From: Isorropodon fossajaponicum endosymbiont JTNG4
GTDB taxonomy: Bacteria > Pseudomonadota > Gammaproteobacteria > PS1 > Pseudothioglobaceae
Direction: 5' to 3'
NCBI RefSeq assembly: GCF_016592615.1
Contig: NZ_AP013043.1
Location: 90,001 to 122,000 of the forward strand
Length of the DNA stretch: 32,000 nucleotides
Shown here: one piece after another, positions 8,876-19,182 of the stretch
Layout of the letters: each line of letters begins with the position of its first letter
Numbering within the stretch: position 1 is the first letter of the stretch
Notes under the pieces: model-generated
Databases searched by the model: none
Told to the model about the DNA's origin: nothing
Seen by the model: the letters and a program-made list of their open reading frames with translations, nothing else
Translations under genes and position numbers: made by a program

Positions 8876-11800
8876 ATGAGTACCCAATTATTACACCTAC
8901 CTAAAGCGCATGGCCTTTATCATCCAAGTAATGAAAAAGAGAACTGTGGCGTAGGTTTTATCGCCCACATTAAAGGCGAATCTTCACATCAAATTACCCT
9001 TGACGCTTTGGAAATGTTATCCAGAATGGACCATCGTGGTGGTTGTGGCTGTGAAACCAATACAGGTGATGGTGCTGGTATTTTAACCAACATTCCACAC
9101 GAGTTTTTCATTCAAGAAATTAAGCGTTTATTTGGTGTATCGGTTGAAAAAGGTGCTTATAGTGTTGGTAATATTTTCTTGCCACAAGACGACAAGCAAA
9201 GAGCACATTGTATGGATTTGTTAGAACAATCTGTTGCGCGTGAGGGTCAAACTTTTATTGGTTGGCGTAATGTACCTATTAATACTGATAAAGCCAATAT
9301 TGGCAATATTGCTAGAAAATCCCAACCTATAATCAAGCAATTAATTATTGCTCGCGCTGAGGGGATTGACACGCCAGCTTTTGAACGTGCACTATTTATT
9401 ATCAGAAAACACACCTCAAATATCATTAGAACAGATGCAGCTTTGTCTCAAGCATTATTGTTCTACGCTTGTAGCCTGTCAAGTAGTGTTATTATTTACA
9501 AAGGCATGTTAATGGGCTCACAAGTGCTTGATTTTTATCAAGACTTATCTGATATTGAATATTCAACCTATTTAGCAATGGTGCACTCACGTTTTTCAAC
9601 CAACACATTCCCTTCATGGGATAGGGCGCAGCCTTGCCGCTACATGTCACACAATGGTGAAATTAACACTCGCCAAGGCAATTATAATTGGATGCATGCT
9701 AGAGAAGGCGTGCTGAAAAGCGACCTCTTTAAAGACGATTTGGGTAAAACTTTACCTGTTATTGAAACCGAAGTATCTGACTCTGGCAGTTTTGATAATG
9801 TGTTAGAGTTTTTGATGATGAATGGTCGTACTCTGCAAGAAGCAGTGCTAATGATGGTGCCTGAAGCCTGGCAAAATGACGATAACATGAGTGCTTCAAA
9901 AAGAGCATTCTATGAATATTTATCTAACGTTATGGAGCCATGGGATGGACCTGCCTCTATTGCCTTTACAGATGGCGCTTATATTGGTGCAATGCTTGAT
10001 CGTAATGGCTTACGCCCTTCACGCTACTATCTAACACATGACGGACGCGTTATCATGGCAAGTGAAGTGGGCGTGGTTGATGTGGCAACTGATAATATCA
10101 AAACTAAGGGTAGATTACGCCCAGGCAAGATGTTTTTAGTTGATTTTGACAAAGGCGAGTTGGTTGATGATGAAACGATTAAATCTGAATTTGCCTCAAA
10201 AAATCCTTACCAAGACTGGCTAAATGATCAACAAATATACCTATCAGAATTTCTTTGTAAAGTTGAAGCACATGGCTTTCACCCAGAGTCATTAATGCAC
10301 CGCCTGAAAGCATTCGGTTATAGCACCGAAACCTTGCAATTTATGTTGTTACCGCTGGTTAACGAGTTGCGTGACCCAGTAGGCTCTATGGGTAATGACT
10401 CAGCACTGGCGTGTTTGTCTAGCCAATCACGTATTATCTATGACTATTTTAAACAATTATTTGCACAAGTAACCAACCCAGCAATTGACTCTATTCGTGA
10501 AGAAGTGGTGATGTCATTGCGTTGTTCTATTGGACCAGAAGGCAATTTATTAAGTGACAATGCTGAAAATGCACACCGCTTAGTTATTGAGCATCCAATT
10601 TTAACCAATGAAGAGGCTGCTGCATTAAGACATTGCAATCATCGCGGTTGGACGAGCAAAACCATTGATATTACTTATGATATGAATAAGGATAAGAAAG
10701 TATCTGAATTATTAGACAACATTTGTGCCCAAGGCTCTCAAGCCATTAAAGATGGACACAGTTTAATTGTACTGTCTGATCGTAATATTGGTAAAAATCG
10801 TGTTGCAATATCTAGCCTATTGGCCTCTTCTGCCCTACACAGATACTTAGTTGCTAGTGCTGAACGCACCCAAGTGGGTATTATTGTTGAAACAGGCGAG
10901 GCTCGTGAGGTTCATCATTTCTGCCTGATGATAGGTTTTGGTGCGGATGCAATCAACCCATACCTTGCATTTGAGGCATTATGGCAAGCACGTCGTGATG
11001 GCATTATTGACATTGAAAGTGATGATGCCATTATATCTGCCTACCGAAAAGGCACTGCCAAAGGCATGCTAAAAGTCATGGCAAAAATGGGTATTTCTAC
11101 CTTAGGATCCTACAAAGGTGCTCAAATTTTCGAAGCAGTAGGTCTAGCACCAGAAGTAATGGATAAATGCTTTTTTGGCACAGCGTCTCGCATTGACGGC
11201 GTTAATTTTGACATTTTGCAAACAGAAGGTGAAAAACGCCATCAACATGCTTACCAAACTAACTCTTTGGATAATTTAGGCCAATACCATTGGCGCAGTG
11301 GTGGCGAAAAACACATGTGGGACCCACAAGCAATCTCCAGCTTACAATTAGCGGCACGCAACAATGATGAATCGGCTTATTGGGTATTTTCAAAACATGC
11401 CAACGAACAAGGCACGCGCAACTCAACATTACGTGGTTTGATGTCGTTTAAAAAATCCAACCCAATTTCTATTGATGACGTTGAGGGTGTTGAAGAAATT
11501 GTCAAACGCTTTGCCACAGGGGCGATGAGTTTTGGCTCTATTTCAGCAGAATCACACGAATCACTAGCCATTGCCATGAACCGTTTGGGTGGCAAATCAA
11601 ACACAGGAGAGGGTGGCGAAGATGCCAAGCGTTGGACGCTAGATGCCAACGGCGACTCACGTCGTAGTGCTATTAAACAAGTAGCTTCAGGGCGTTTTGG
11701 CGTTACCATTGATTACTTAAATAATGCAGATGAAATTCAAATTAAAGTCTCGCAAGGCGCAAAACCTGGCGAAGGTGGCGAATTACCTGGTGCAAAAGTA

Positions 11801-13378
11801 GATGAAGGCATCGCCTCAATACGCCACTCCACGCCTGGCGTAGGGCTTATTTCCCCACCACCTCATCATGATATTTATTCAATTGAAGATTTATCGCAAC
11901 TTATTTTTGACCTGAAACGCTCTAATCCAGATGCACGTATTAGTGTGAAATTGGTTGCAGAAGTAGGTGTGGGCACGATTGCTGCAGGTGTTGTTAAAGC
12001 AAAGTCTGATCATATTGTTATCGCTGGACATGATGGTGGCACCGGCGCTTCACCACTAACCTCAATCAAGCATGCAGGCCTGCCATGGGAGTTAGGCTTG
12101 GCTGAAACTCATCAAACATTAGTCATGAATGGTTTACGCTCACGTGTGGTTATTCAAACAGACGGGCAGTTAAAAACAGGTAGAGATGTTGCCATTGGTA
12201 TTCTTTTGGGTGCTGAAGAGTTTGGATTTTCAACCGCACCACTGATCACCCTGGGCTGCATTATGATGCGTAAATGCCACCTAAATATTTGCCCAGTCGG
12301 CATTGCCACACAAGACAAAGAATTACGTAAAAAATTTACAGGCAAACCTGAACACGTGGTGAACTACTTGTTTATGGTGGCTCAAGAGTTGCGTTTAATC
12401 ATGGCAGAACTTGGTTTTAAAACCGTTAATGAAATGATTGGCCGTGTTGATATGCTAGAAATGAATCAAACGCTTAACCACTGGAAGCAAGAAACCATTA
12501 ACCTAGACGCCTTATTAACACCTGCTAAAAAGCCCAATAAAGATACGGGCACTTATCAAACCATTGCTCAAGACCATCAATTAGAACAACAAATTGACAA
12601 TATGTTAATTGAACAATCAAAATCAGCCATTAACAGTGCTGAAAAAATTTGCATTGACTCTGTTATTACCAATGTTGATCGTGCTGTAGGTACAATGCTT
12701 TCATCATATATTGTAAAAACACGGGGTGGCAATAACTTAAAAGACGACACTGTTCATATTAATTTTAAAGGCTCTGCAGGTCAATCTCTTGGTGCCTTCT
12801 TAGCAGAAGGCGTCACTCTAGAAGTTGAAGGTGACGCTAATGATTATGTTGGCAAGGGACTCTCAGGTGGCCACATCATTGTTTATCCACCTAAAGATTC
12901 AACCTTTAATGCTGAAAATGAAATCATTGCTGGCAACGTTTGTGGTTATGGCGCAACAGGTGGTGAACTGTATTTATCAGGTTGCGTATCTGAGCGTTTC
13001 TGTGTACGTAATTCAGGTGCTATCGCTGTAGTAGAGGGCGTTGGTGATCATGGTTGTGAATATATGACAGGCGGTCGCGTTATTATTCTAGGCGAAGTGG
13101 GTCGTAACTTTGGTGCTGGCATGAGTGGTGGTATTGCTTATATCTATAATCCGAATCATACGTTTGAATCTATGGCCAATCCAATCATGATTGATCTTGA
13201 TCCGGTGGATAATGAGGCACAAATAGAATTAAAACAGTACATCAACAATCACGCTAAATATACTGGCTCAAAAGTGGCTGCACGCATTCTTGACAACTGG
13301 CATGATGAAATCAAGCATTTTATCAAAATCATGCCTAAAGATTTAAAGCGTGTTTTAAGAAAAAATACCAGCGCATAA
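8876..13378 (+). CDS. gltB: glutamate synthase (GOGAT) large subunit
   Basis: 1500 aa. Ntn-amidotransferase Cys in ENCGVGFIA, central and FMN domains (ISPPPHHDIYSIEDL, GHDGGTGASP), C-terminal GXGXG beta-helix domain (GDHGCEYMTGG). Confidence 0.95.
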   Translation: MSTQLLHLPKAHGLYHPSNEKENCGVGFIAHIKGESSHQITLDALEMLSRMDHRGGCGCETNTGDGAGILTNIPHEFFIQEIKRLFGVSVEKGAYSVGNIFLPQDDKQRAHCMDLLEQSVAREGQTFIGWRNVPINTDKANIGNIARKSQPIIKQLIIARAEGIDTPAFERALFIIRKHTSNIIRTDAALSQALLFYACSLSSSVIIYKGMLMGSQVLDFYQDLSDIEYSTYLAMVHSRFSTNTFPSWDRAQPCRYMSHNGEINTRQGNYNWMHAREGVLKSDLFKDDLGKTLPVIETEVSDSGSFDNVLEFLMMNGRTLQEAVLMMVPEAWQNDDNMSASKRAFYEYLSNVMEPWDGPASIAFTDGAYIGAMLDRNGLRPSRYYLTHDGRVIMASEVGVVDVATDNIKTKGRLRPGKMFLVDFDKGELVDDETIKSEFASKNPYQDWLNDQQIYLSEFLCKVEAHGFHPESLMHRLKAFGYSTETLQFMLLPLVNELRDPVGSMGNDSALACLSSQSRIIYDYFKQLFAQVTNPAIDSIREEVVMSLRCSIGPEGNLLSDNAENAHRLVIEHPILTNEEAAALRHCNHRGWTSKTIDITYDMNKDKKVSELLDNICAQGSQAIKDGHSLIVLSDRNIGKNRVAISSLLASSALHRYLVASAERTQVGIIVETGEAREVHHFCLMIGFGADAINPYLAFEALWQARRDGIIDIESDDAIISAYRKGTAKGMLKVMAKMGISTLGSYKGAQIFEAVGLAPEVMDKCFFGTASRIDGVNFDILQTEGEKRHQHAYQTNSLDNLGQYHWRSGGEKHMWDPQAISSLQLAARNNDESAYWVFSKHANEQGTRNSTLRGLMSFKKSNPISIDDVEGVEEIVKRFATGAMSFGSISAESHESLAIAMNRLGGKSNTGEGGEDAKRWTLDANGDSRRSAIKQVASGRFGVTIDYLNNADEIQIKVSQGAKPGEGGELPGAKVDEGIASIRHSTPGVGLISPPPHHDIYSIEDLSQLIFDLKRSNPDARISVKLVAEVGVGTIAAGVVKAKSDHIVIAGHDGGTGASPLTSIKHAGLPWELGLAETHQTLVMNGLRSRVVIQTDGQLKTGRDVAIGILLGAEEFGFSTAPLITLGCIMMRKCHLNICPVGIATQDKELRKKFTGKPEHVVNYLFMVAQELRLIMAELGFKTVNEMIGRVDMLEMNQTLNHWKQETINLDALLTPAKKPNKDTGTYQTIAQDHQLEQQIDNMLIEQSKSAINSAEKICIDSVITNVDRAVGTMLSSYIVKTRGGNNLKDDTVHINFKGSAGQSLGAFLAEGVTLEVEGDANDYVGKGLSGGHIIVYPPKDSTFNAENEIIAGNVCGYGATGGELYLSGCVSERFCVRNSGAIAVVEGVGDHGCEYMTGGRVIILGEVGRNFGAGMSGGIAYIYNPNHTFESMANPIMIDLDPVDNEAQIELKQYINNHAKYTGSKVAARILDNWHDEIKHFIKIMPKDLKRVLRKNTSA

Positions 13379-13385
13379 ATCAGTA

Positions 13386-13871
13386 TTATTTTCTATCTAA
13401 AATAACAAAATCATAGGCATGTAGATTTTTCTCATCAGCTTGATGAGAGTCACGACTAAGCTCGCTAAATTGAGTGCGGTCAAATTCTGGAAAGTAGGCA
13501 TCACCCTCAAATTTACCCTTAACTTCGGTGATATAGAGTCTATCAACCTTATTTACCATTTGTTCGTAAAAAGATGCACCACCCATAATCATTAGTTCAT
13601 TATCGCCATTAGCCAGACTTAATGCTGCGTTAATACTACCAACAACCTCACAACCATCAGCCTTAAACTTCGTATTACGACTCACAATAATATTGCGACG
13701 ATTAGGCAGTGGCCTGTCAACAGAGTCATAAGTTTTGCGCCCCATTAGGACAGCTTTGCCTGTTGTTGTCTTTTTAAAATAAGCCAAATCGGCTGGCAAA
13801 TGCCAAGGCAAGGAATTATTTTTACCAATCAGCTGATTGTCATCCATTGCCACAATAATAGATAATTTCAT
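13386..13871 (-). CDS. folA: dihydrofolate reductase
   Basis: 161 aa. IVAMDDNQLIGKNNSLPW, LPADLAYFKKTT, MGRKTYDS, MGGASFY. Confidence 0.9.
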   Translation of the reverse strand: MKLSIIVAMDDNQLIGKNNSLPWHLPADLAYFKKTTTGKAVLMGRKTYDSVDRPLPNRRNIIVSRNTKFKADGCEVVGSINAALSLANGDNELMIMGGASFYEQMVNKVDRLYITEVKGKFEGDAYFPEFDRTQFSELSRDSHQADEKNLHAYDFVILDRK

Positions 13872-13894
13872 AGAAAAGTTTCAATTAAAGTAAA

Positions 13895-14530
13895 ATGATG
13901 TTTATTTTACAAATATCACTCATCACGGTGTCATTAATTCTAGCCTCAAGCTCGCCTTTTAGAAAAACATTACTTGCCAAACTAGGGTTAACTTTTGAGG
14001 CGTATTCGCCAAAGATTGACGAATCAAGAAAAAAAGGTGAAACACCCGAGCAGTTGGTTTATCGTCTGGCTCAAGAAAAGGCCAAAGAAATTGCAAAAAC
14101 GCATCATGGGTTAATCATTGCCTCTGATCAAGTCGCAACACTTGCTCATGGTAAAAATACTGATGATGAAATATTAACCAAACCAAAAAACCATGAAAAT
14201 GCCATCAAACAACTACAGAGAAGTTCTGGAAATACAGTAACTTTTCTTACAAGTTTGACACTTTTAAATACAAATACCAACAATATACAAACTAAAGTTG
14301 AAACTTTTAAAGTGGTTTTTAAAGATTTGAGCATTGAGCAAATTGAATATTACCTTAAAAAAGAAACCCCTTATAACTGTGCGGGTAGTTTTAAATCAGA
14401 AAGCCTAGGTATTAGTTTATTTAAACGTATGATTGGTAATGATCCAAATAGTTTGGTTGGCTTACCGCTTATTCAACTCATCACAATGCTAGAAAATGAA
14501 GGCATTAGCACTCTCACTGACAATAACTAA
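13895..14530 (+). CDS. maf: Maf-like nucleoside triphosphate pyrophosphatase (YceF-like subfamily)
   Basis: LILASSSPFRKTLLAKLGL, SDQV, YNCAGSFKSESLGISLF, DPNSLVGLPL. The true start may be the in-frame GTG at 13928 rather than 13895. Confidence 0.8.
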   Translation: MMFILQISLITVSLILASSSPFRKTLLAKLGLTFEAYSPKIDESRKKGETPEQLVYRLAQEKAKEIAKTHHGLIIASDQVATLAHGKNTDDEILTKPKNHENAIKQLQRSSGNTVTFLTSLTLLNTNTNNIQTKVETFKVVFKDLSIEQIEYYLKKETPYNCAGSFKSESLGISLFKRMIGNDPNSLVGLPLIQLITMLENEGISTLTDNN

Positions 14531-14535
14531 ACGTC

Positions 14536-17500
14536 ATGTTATATCTCTATCCTGATAAGCTTAAATGCTTTCAATCAGGTCAAAAAACTTATTGGGGCTC
14601 ACTATACGGCAGTGCAGATGCACTGGCATTAATTGAATTTGCCAATCAACAACAGCAAGTTATTTTAGTCATTGCTAATGACATCACACATTTTGACAGT
14701 CTTTATAAATCTTTAAACTTCTACAACACAGACTTAGAAATTTTAAAATTTGATAACTGGGAAGTGCTCGCCTATGATCACTTTTCGCCTCATCCTGATA
14801 TCACCTCCAGTCGATTAGCAGCCCTATCAAAACTTAAAAGTCTTAAACGTGGTATTGTTATCACCACATTAGAATCATTATTCTCACGTCTATGCCCGTT
14901 AGAGTTTGTAGAAAAATACAGCTTCAATATCGATATTAATGACAACATTAATATTGAAGCCTTTAGTGAAAAACTACTAAAAATTGGCTACAACCGTGTA
15001 ACCACCGTCATGGGGCATGGTGAGTTTAATATTCGTGGCTCATTGATTGATTTATACCCCATGGGCGCAAAAACACCTTACCGAATTGATTTGTTTGGCC
15101 AAGAAGTGGAGTCTATTCGCACCTTTGATACCTCAACTCAACGCTCTAAAGTACAAGTGCCTGAAATTGTGCTACTGCCTACTAGAGAATTTGCCACAGA
15201 TAATACCAGTATTGAGCGCTTTAAAACTAATTATCAAAAAGCATTTAATGACAATGGCTTTATCTATACCGAAGTTAGTGAAGGTAGGCTGCCAGGTGGC
15301 ATTGAATTTTATTTACCGCTGTTTTTTAACACAACCAACACCTTGTTTGATTATCTAGTGGATAACACTATTATTGTCATATCAAAAGGATTTTCAGACT
15401 TGGTGGATAAGACCTATAGCGAGATACGTGAACGATTTGAGCGTGCTAAAAAATCATTAGATAGAGCACCCCTTGATATTCCCCAAGTTTTCCTGTCCAA
15501 AGAATTGCTGTTTAGTGAAATTAAGAAAAAACCACAGCTCATCATCAGTACATCAAAACTAGAAGATAAAAACCAACACTTTAATTTCAACTCAAGCTTA
15601 TTACCCCCAATACGCATTGAACCACAAACGAAAAACCCATTAAGCAAATTTTCAGCTTTTGTTAAAAGATTTACCAACAAAAAAATATTAGTTGTTTGTG
15701 AATCGCGTGGCAGGCAAGATGTGCTCAGCGATTTGTTCACCAGCCATCAACTTGATACCCATAGCGTTAAAAACTGGCGTGAATTTAATAAGAGCAGCAA
15801 ACTGCTCAATATTACCCATGAAAATCTTGCCCATGGCTTGCTCACTAGTGATATTGCCATTGTTACTGAAGAAGATTTATTCGGTCAAGAAGTGGTTCAG
15901 CAACAGCGTCGTCGTGCTAATCACAAAGATTTTGATGAAGCAATTAAAAGCCTAGTTGAAATTAAAATGGGTGATGCGATTGTGCATGAAAACTATGGTG
16001 TGGGTAGGTATTTAGGGCTTAAAACCCAAACTTTTGATGGACAATCACAAGATTTCCTTGCCCTAGAATATGCTAATAACGCAAAGTTGATGGTACCAAT
16101 CACCTCGCTTAATCTAATCTCCAGATATGCTGGTATTTCAGATAGTGCACCATTACACAAACTAGGCACAAATCAATGGAGCAAGGCTAAGAAAAAAGCA
16201 GGTGAAGCTTTGTTTGACGTGGCAGCTGAATTATTAGAAATTTATGCCAAACGAGCCTCTCAAACAGGTTTTGCTTTCCCTAAGCCGAATGATGCTTATT
16301 CCTCATTTGTTGCCAGCTTTCCCTTTGAGGAAACACCAGACCAACTAAAAACCATGGGCGAAGTCTTAGCAGATATGCAATCACACAGACCAATGGACAG
16401 ATTAGTCTGTGGCGATGTTGGTTTTGGCAAAACTGAAATTGCCATGCGTGCGGCATTTTTAGCAGTTGAAGCAGGAAAGCAAGTGGCAATTTTGGTACCA
16501 ACCACGCTATTATCTAACCAGCACCATCAATCGTTTATTGACCGTTTTGCCAACCACCCTGTTGAAATTGCAGCGCTTTCAAGGTTTCAAACCCCAAAAG
16601 AGCAAAAACTAATTATTGAAAAATTAAACCAAGGAACAATTGACATTGTCATTGGCACGCACAAAATTATTCAAGGCACTATTAAATACAAAAACCTTGG
16701 CTTAATTATTATTGACGAAGAACATCGCTTCGGCGTTAAACAAAAAGAGGCGTTGAAAAAACTACGGGGTGAAAGTGACATTCTGACCATGACTGCCACC
16801 CCTATTCCGCGCACATTAAATATGGCGCTAGGCTCATTAAGAGAATTGTCCATTATTGCCACGCCACCTGCCAAACGCAGCGCCATCCAAACGTTTGTAC
16901 AAGAGTGGAATGACAACAACATCAAAGAGGCAATCACACGTGAAATGCACCGTGGTGGTCAGGTGTTTGTACTACACAACGATATTGATTCAATTGACAA
17001 TATGGCAGAAAATCTCAAACAAATTATGCCAAAAGTTCACGTTCGCATCGCCCACGGACAAATACCAACACGTGAACTAGAAAGAATCATGAGTGATTTT
17101 TATCACGCACGTTTCCAAATTTTGGTTTGCACCACGATTATCGAAACAGGGATTGACATTCCCAATGCTAATACCATCATTATTAATAATGCACAAAATT
17201 TTGGTTTGGCACAACTACACCAACTACGAGGCCGTGTTGGTCGCTCCCACCATAGAGCTTATGCCTATTTAATTATTAAATCCCATCAATCGTTATCTAA
17301 AACAGCCAAAAAACGCCTTGATACCATTGAGTCTTTAGAGGGGCTTGGTGCTGGATTTATGCTGGCTAATCACGACCTTGAAATTCGTGGTGCGGGTGAT
17401 TTATTGGGTGATAATCAATCTGGAAAAATTAGCGAAATTGGCTTTAATCTTTATCATGATTTATTAAAACGCACTATTGATGCCATGCGCTCTGGTAGAA

Positions 17501-17961
17501 AAATTAACCTTGATGACCCCATCAATCATGAAGTACAAATTGATTCTGGCTTGCCATCTATCATTCCAGAGGCATATATTTTTGACGTACACGAACGACT
17601 TGTACTCTACAAGCGTATTGCCAGTTGTCAAAACAATAAAGAACTTAAAGCTCTACAGATTGAGATGATTGACCGCTTTGGATTATTACCAGATTCAACC
17701 AAAAATTTATTTGCCAATACCAAACTTAAGCTCTTTTCAAAAAAAATTGGCATTGATAAAATTAACCTTTATGAAAACAAAGCCATTATCACCTTTGGTA
17801 ATAAGAATACCATTGAGCCGATAAAAATCATCAACCTTATTCAAAAACAAGCAAAAAAATATCAGCTAAAGGGTCAAAATCAATTAATTGTTAAACAGGA
17901 GATGCCTGAAGATATTAGACGAATTGAATTGATAGAAAATCTACTAAAAACATTAAATTAG
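14536..17961 (+). CDS. mfd: transcription-repair coupling factor Mfd
   Basis: 1141 aa. UvrB-homology N-terminus, CarD-like RNAP-interaction domain (GDAIVHENYGVGRYLG), helicase motifs GDVGFGKTE, DEEHRFG and QLHQLRGRVGRS, plus a TRCF C-terminal domain. Confidence 0.95.
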   Translation: MLYLYPDKLKCFQSGQKTYWGSLYGSADALALIEFANQQQQVILVIANDITHFDSLYKSLNFYNTDLEILKFDNWEVLAYDHFSPHPDITSSRLAALSKLKSLKRGIVITTLESLFSRLCPLEFVEKYSFNIDINDNINIEAFSEKLLKIGYNRVTTVMGHGEFNIRGSLIDLYPMGAKTPYRIDLFGQEVESIRTFDTSTQRSKVQVPEIVLLPTREFATDNTSIERFKTNYQKAFNDNGFIYTEVSEGRLPGGIEFYLPLFFNTTNTLFDYLVDNTIIVISKGFSDLVDKTYSEIRERFERAKKSLDRAPLDIPQVFLSKELLFSEIKKKPQLIISTSKLEDKNQHFNFNSSLLPPIRIEPQTKNPLSKFSAFVKRFTNKKILVVCESRGRQDVLSDLFTSHQLDTHSVKNWREFNKSSKLLNITHENLAHGLLTSDIAIVTEEDLFGQEVVQQQRRRANHKDFDEAIKSLVEIKMGDAIVHENYGVGRYLGLKTQTFDGQSQDFLALEYANNAKLMVPITSLNLISRYAGISDSAPLHKLGTNQWSKAKKKAGEALFDVAAELLEIYAKRASQTGFAFPKPNDAYSSFVASFPFEETPDQLKTMGEVLADMQSHRPMDRLVCGDVGFGKTEIAMRAAFLAVEAGKQVAILVPTTLLSNQHHQSFIDRFANHPVEIAALSRFQTPKEQKLIIEKLNQGTIDIVIGTHKIIQGTIKYKNLGLIIIDEEHRFGVKQKEALKKLRGESDILTMTATPIPRTLNMALGSLRELSIIATPPAKRSAIQTFVQEWNDNNIKEAITREMHRGGQVFVLHNDIDSIDNMAENLKQIMPKVHVRIAHGQIPTRELERIMSDFYHARFQILVCTTIIETGIDIPNANTIIINNAQNFGLAQLHQLRGRVGRSHHRAYAYLIIKSHQSLSKTAKKRLDTIESLEGLGAGFMLANHDLEIRGAGDLLGDNQSGKISEIGFNLYHDLLKRTIDAMRSGRKINLDDPINHEVQIDSGLPSIIPEAYIFDVHERLVLYKRIASCQNNKELKALQIEMIDRFGLLPDSTKNLFANTKLKLFSKKIGIDKINLYENKAIITFGNKNTIEPIKIINLIQKQAKKYQLKGQNQLIVKQEMPEDIRRIELIENLLKTLN

Positions 17962-18172
17962 AGATTATTGCAACACAAACCTCTCTTCCGGGTAATATAG
18001 ATATAGTCGATAAAAATCAGAGATTGTGCGTTTTTTATAAATGGTATTAGTATTCTATCTAGTTATAATGGCACTAATAATATCGCACTAATATCTAAAT
18101 AATAATGGAAGGAGGAAAGATAACATCAATTTTTTGGATTGATAATTGCAATCACATTACTGCCAATATTAA

Positions 18173-19182
18173 GTGCGTACAATGCTAGAGCGTATCGTTA
18201 TTACCGGTATTGGCATTGTTAGTAGTATTGGCAATAACACTAAACAAGTTTTAAGTTCATTACGCACCCATCAAAGTGGGTTGTGCTATTCAAACGAGTT
18301 TTCCGAATTAAATTTACGTTCTCAGGTGGTGGGCAGTATCCATATTGACACGGGTCAATATTTAAGTAAAAAACAGCGCAGATTTTTTTCACCTGTAGCT
18401 AGTTACAGCGCCATTGCTATGCAGCAGGTTATTGAAATGTCAGTTAAATGAGACTGAAATATACAACCCCAGCACAGGTCTAATTGTTGGTTCTGGTAGC
18501 GCCTCAAATGAGAACGCCATCAATGCTTACAAAACGCTTAAGCAAAAAGGCATCAAGGGTATTTAACCCGTTTCGCATCTTAAAACCATGAGCTCAACTG
18601 CCAGTGCTAACTTAGCTAGTTCATTCAAAATTAAAGGTATCCAGCTATTCAATTAGTGGCGCATGTGCTACTTCAGCCCGTGGTACAGGTATTGTTGTGC
18701 TTGAATCGCTCAAATACGCGAAAAGTCGTGATGCTAATATTTTGGCAGAACTAGTAGGTTATGGTGCTAGTAGCGATGGTGATAATATCGTTAAACCGAA
18801 CACAGACAGTGCGGTACGTGCCATTCAACAAGCGATAAATACTACCCATAAAATTGACTATATCAACGCACCCATGTCACTAGCACGATTGCTGGCGATA
18901 AAAGCGAATTGGAGACCATTAAGACAGTTTTTAAAGATAATGTACCGCTAATTAGTTCAACCAAACCTCTTACAGGACACTCTATTGGTGCTAGTGGCGT
19001 ACACGAGTTAATTTATTCAATCTTGATGCTTAATAATAGCTTTTTATTTGGTAATCATGGTTATGAAACAGATAAAGAGTTTGTTCAAATACCGATTTTA
19101 AAAACAAATCAATACTATTTTGTCTAATAGTTTTGGTTTTTGTGGTACTAATGCAACACTAGTTGTACAAAGATATGAATAA
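18173..19182 (+). pseudogene. fabB: 3-oxoacyl-ACP synthase I (FabB-like KAS) pseudogene
   Basis: Fragments in all three frames are colinear with E. coli FabB: RIVITGIGIVSSIGNN; GLIVGSGSAS; SYSISGACATSA (active-site Cys); VLESLKYAKSRDANILAELVGYGASSDG; SSTKPLTGHSIGASGVHE; SNSFGFCGTNATLVV. There are at least 5 frame changes or stops. About 80 codons are missing between ...ACATSA and ...GIVVLESL (near 18675). Confidence 0.85.

Noticed and set aside
13379-13385. Absence of gltD immediately downstream of gltB.
   Set aside because: The small subunit is often encoded elsewhere. Absence from this window says nothing about the genome, so I do not treat it as an anomaly.
18108-18191. 27-codon ORF downstream of a strong GGAAGGAGG-like purine tract, upstream of the fabB relic.
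   Set aside because: It is too short, has no motif, and the ATG lies inside the purine tract itself. It is probably the old fabB leader region.
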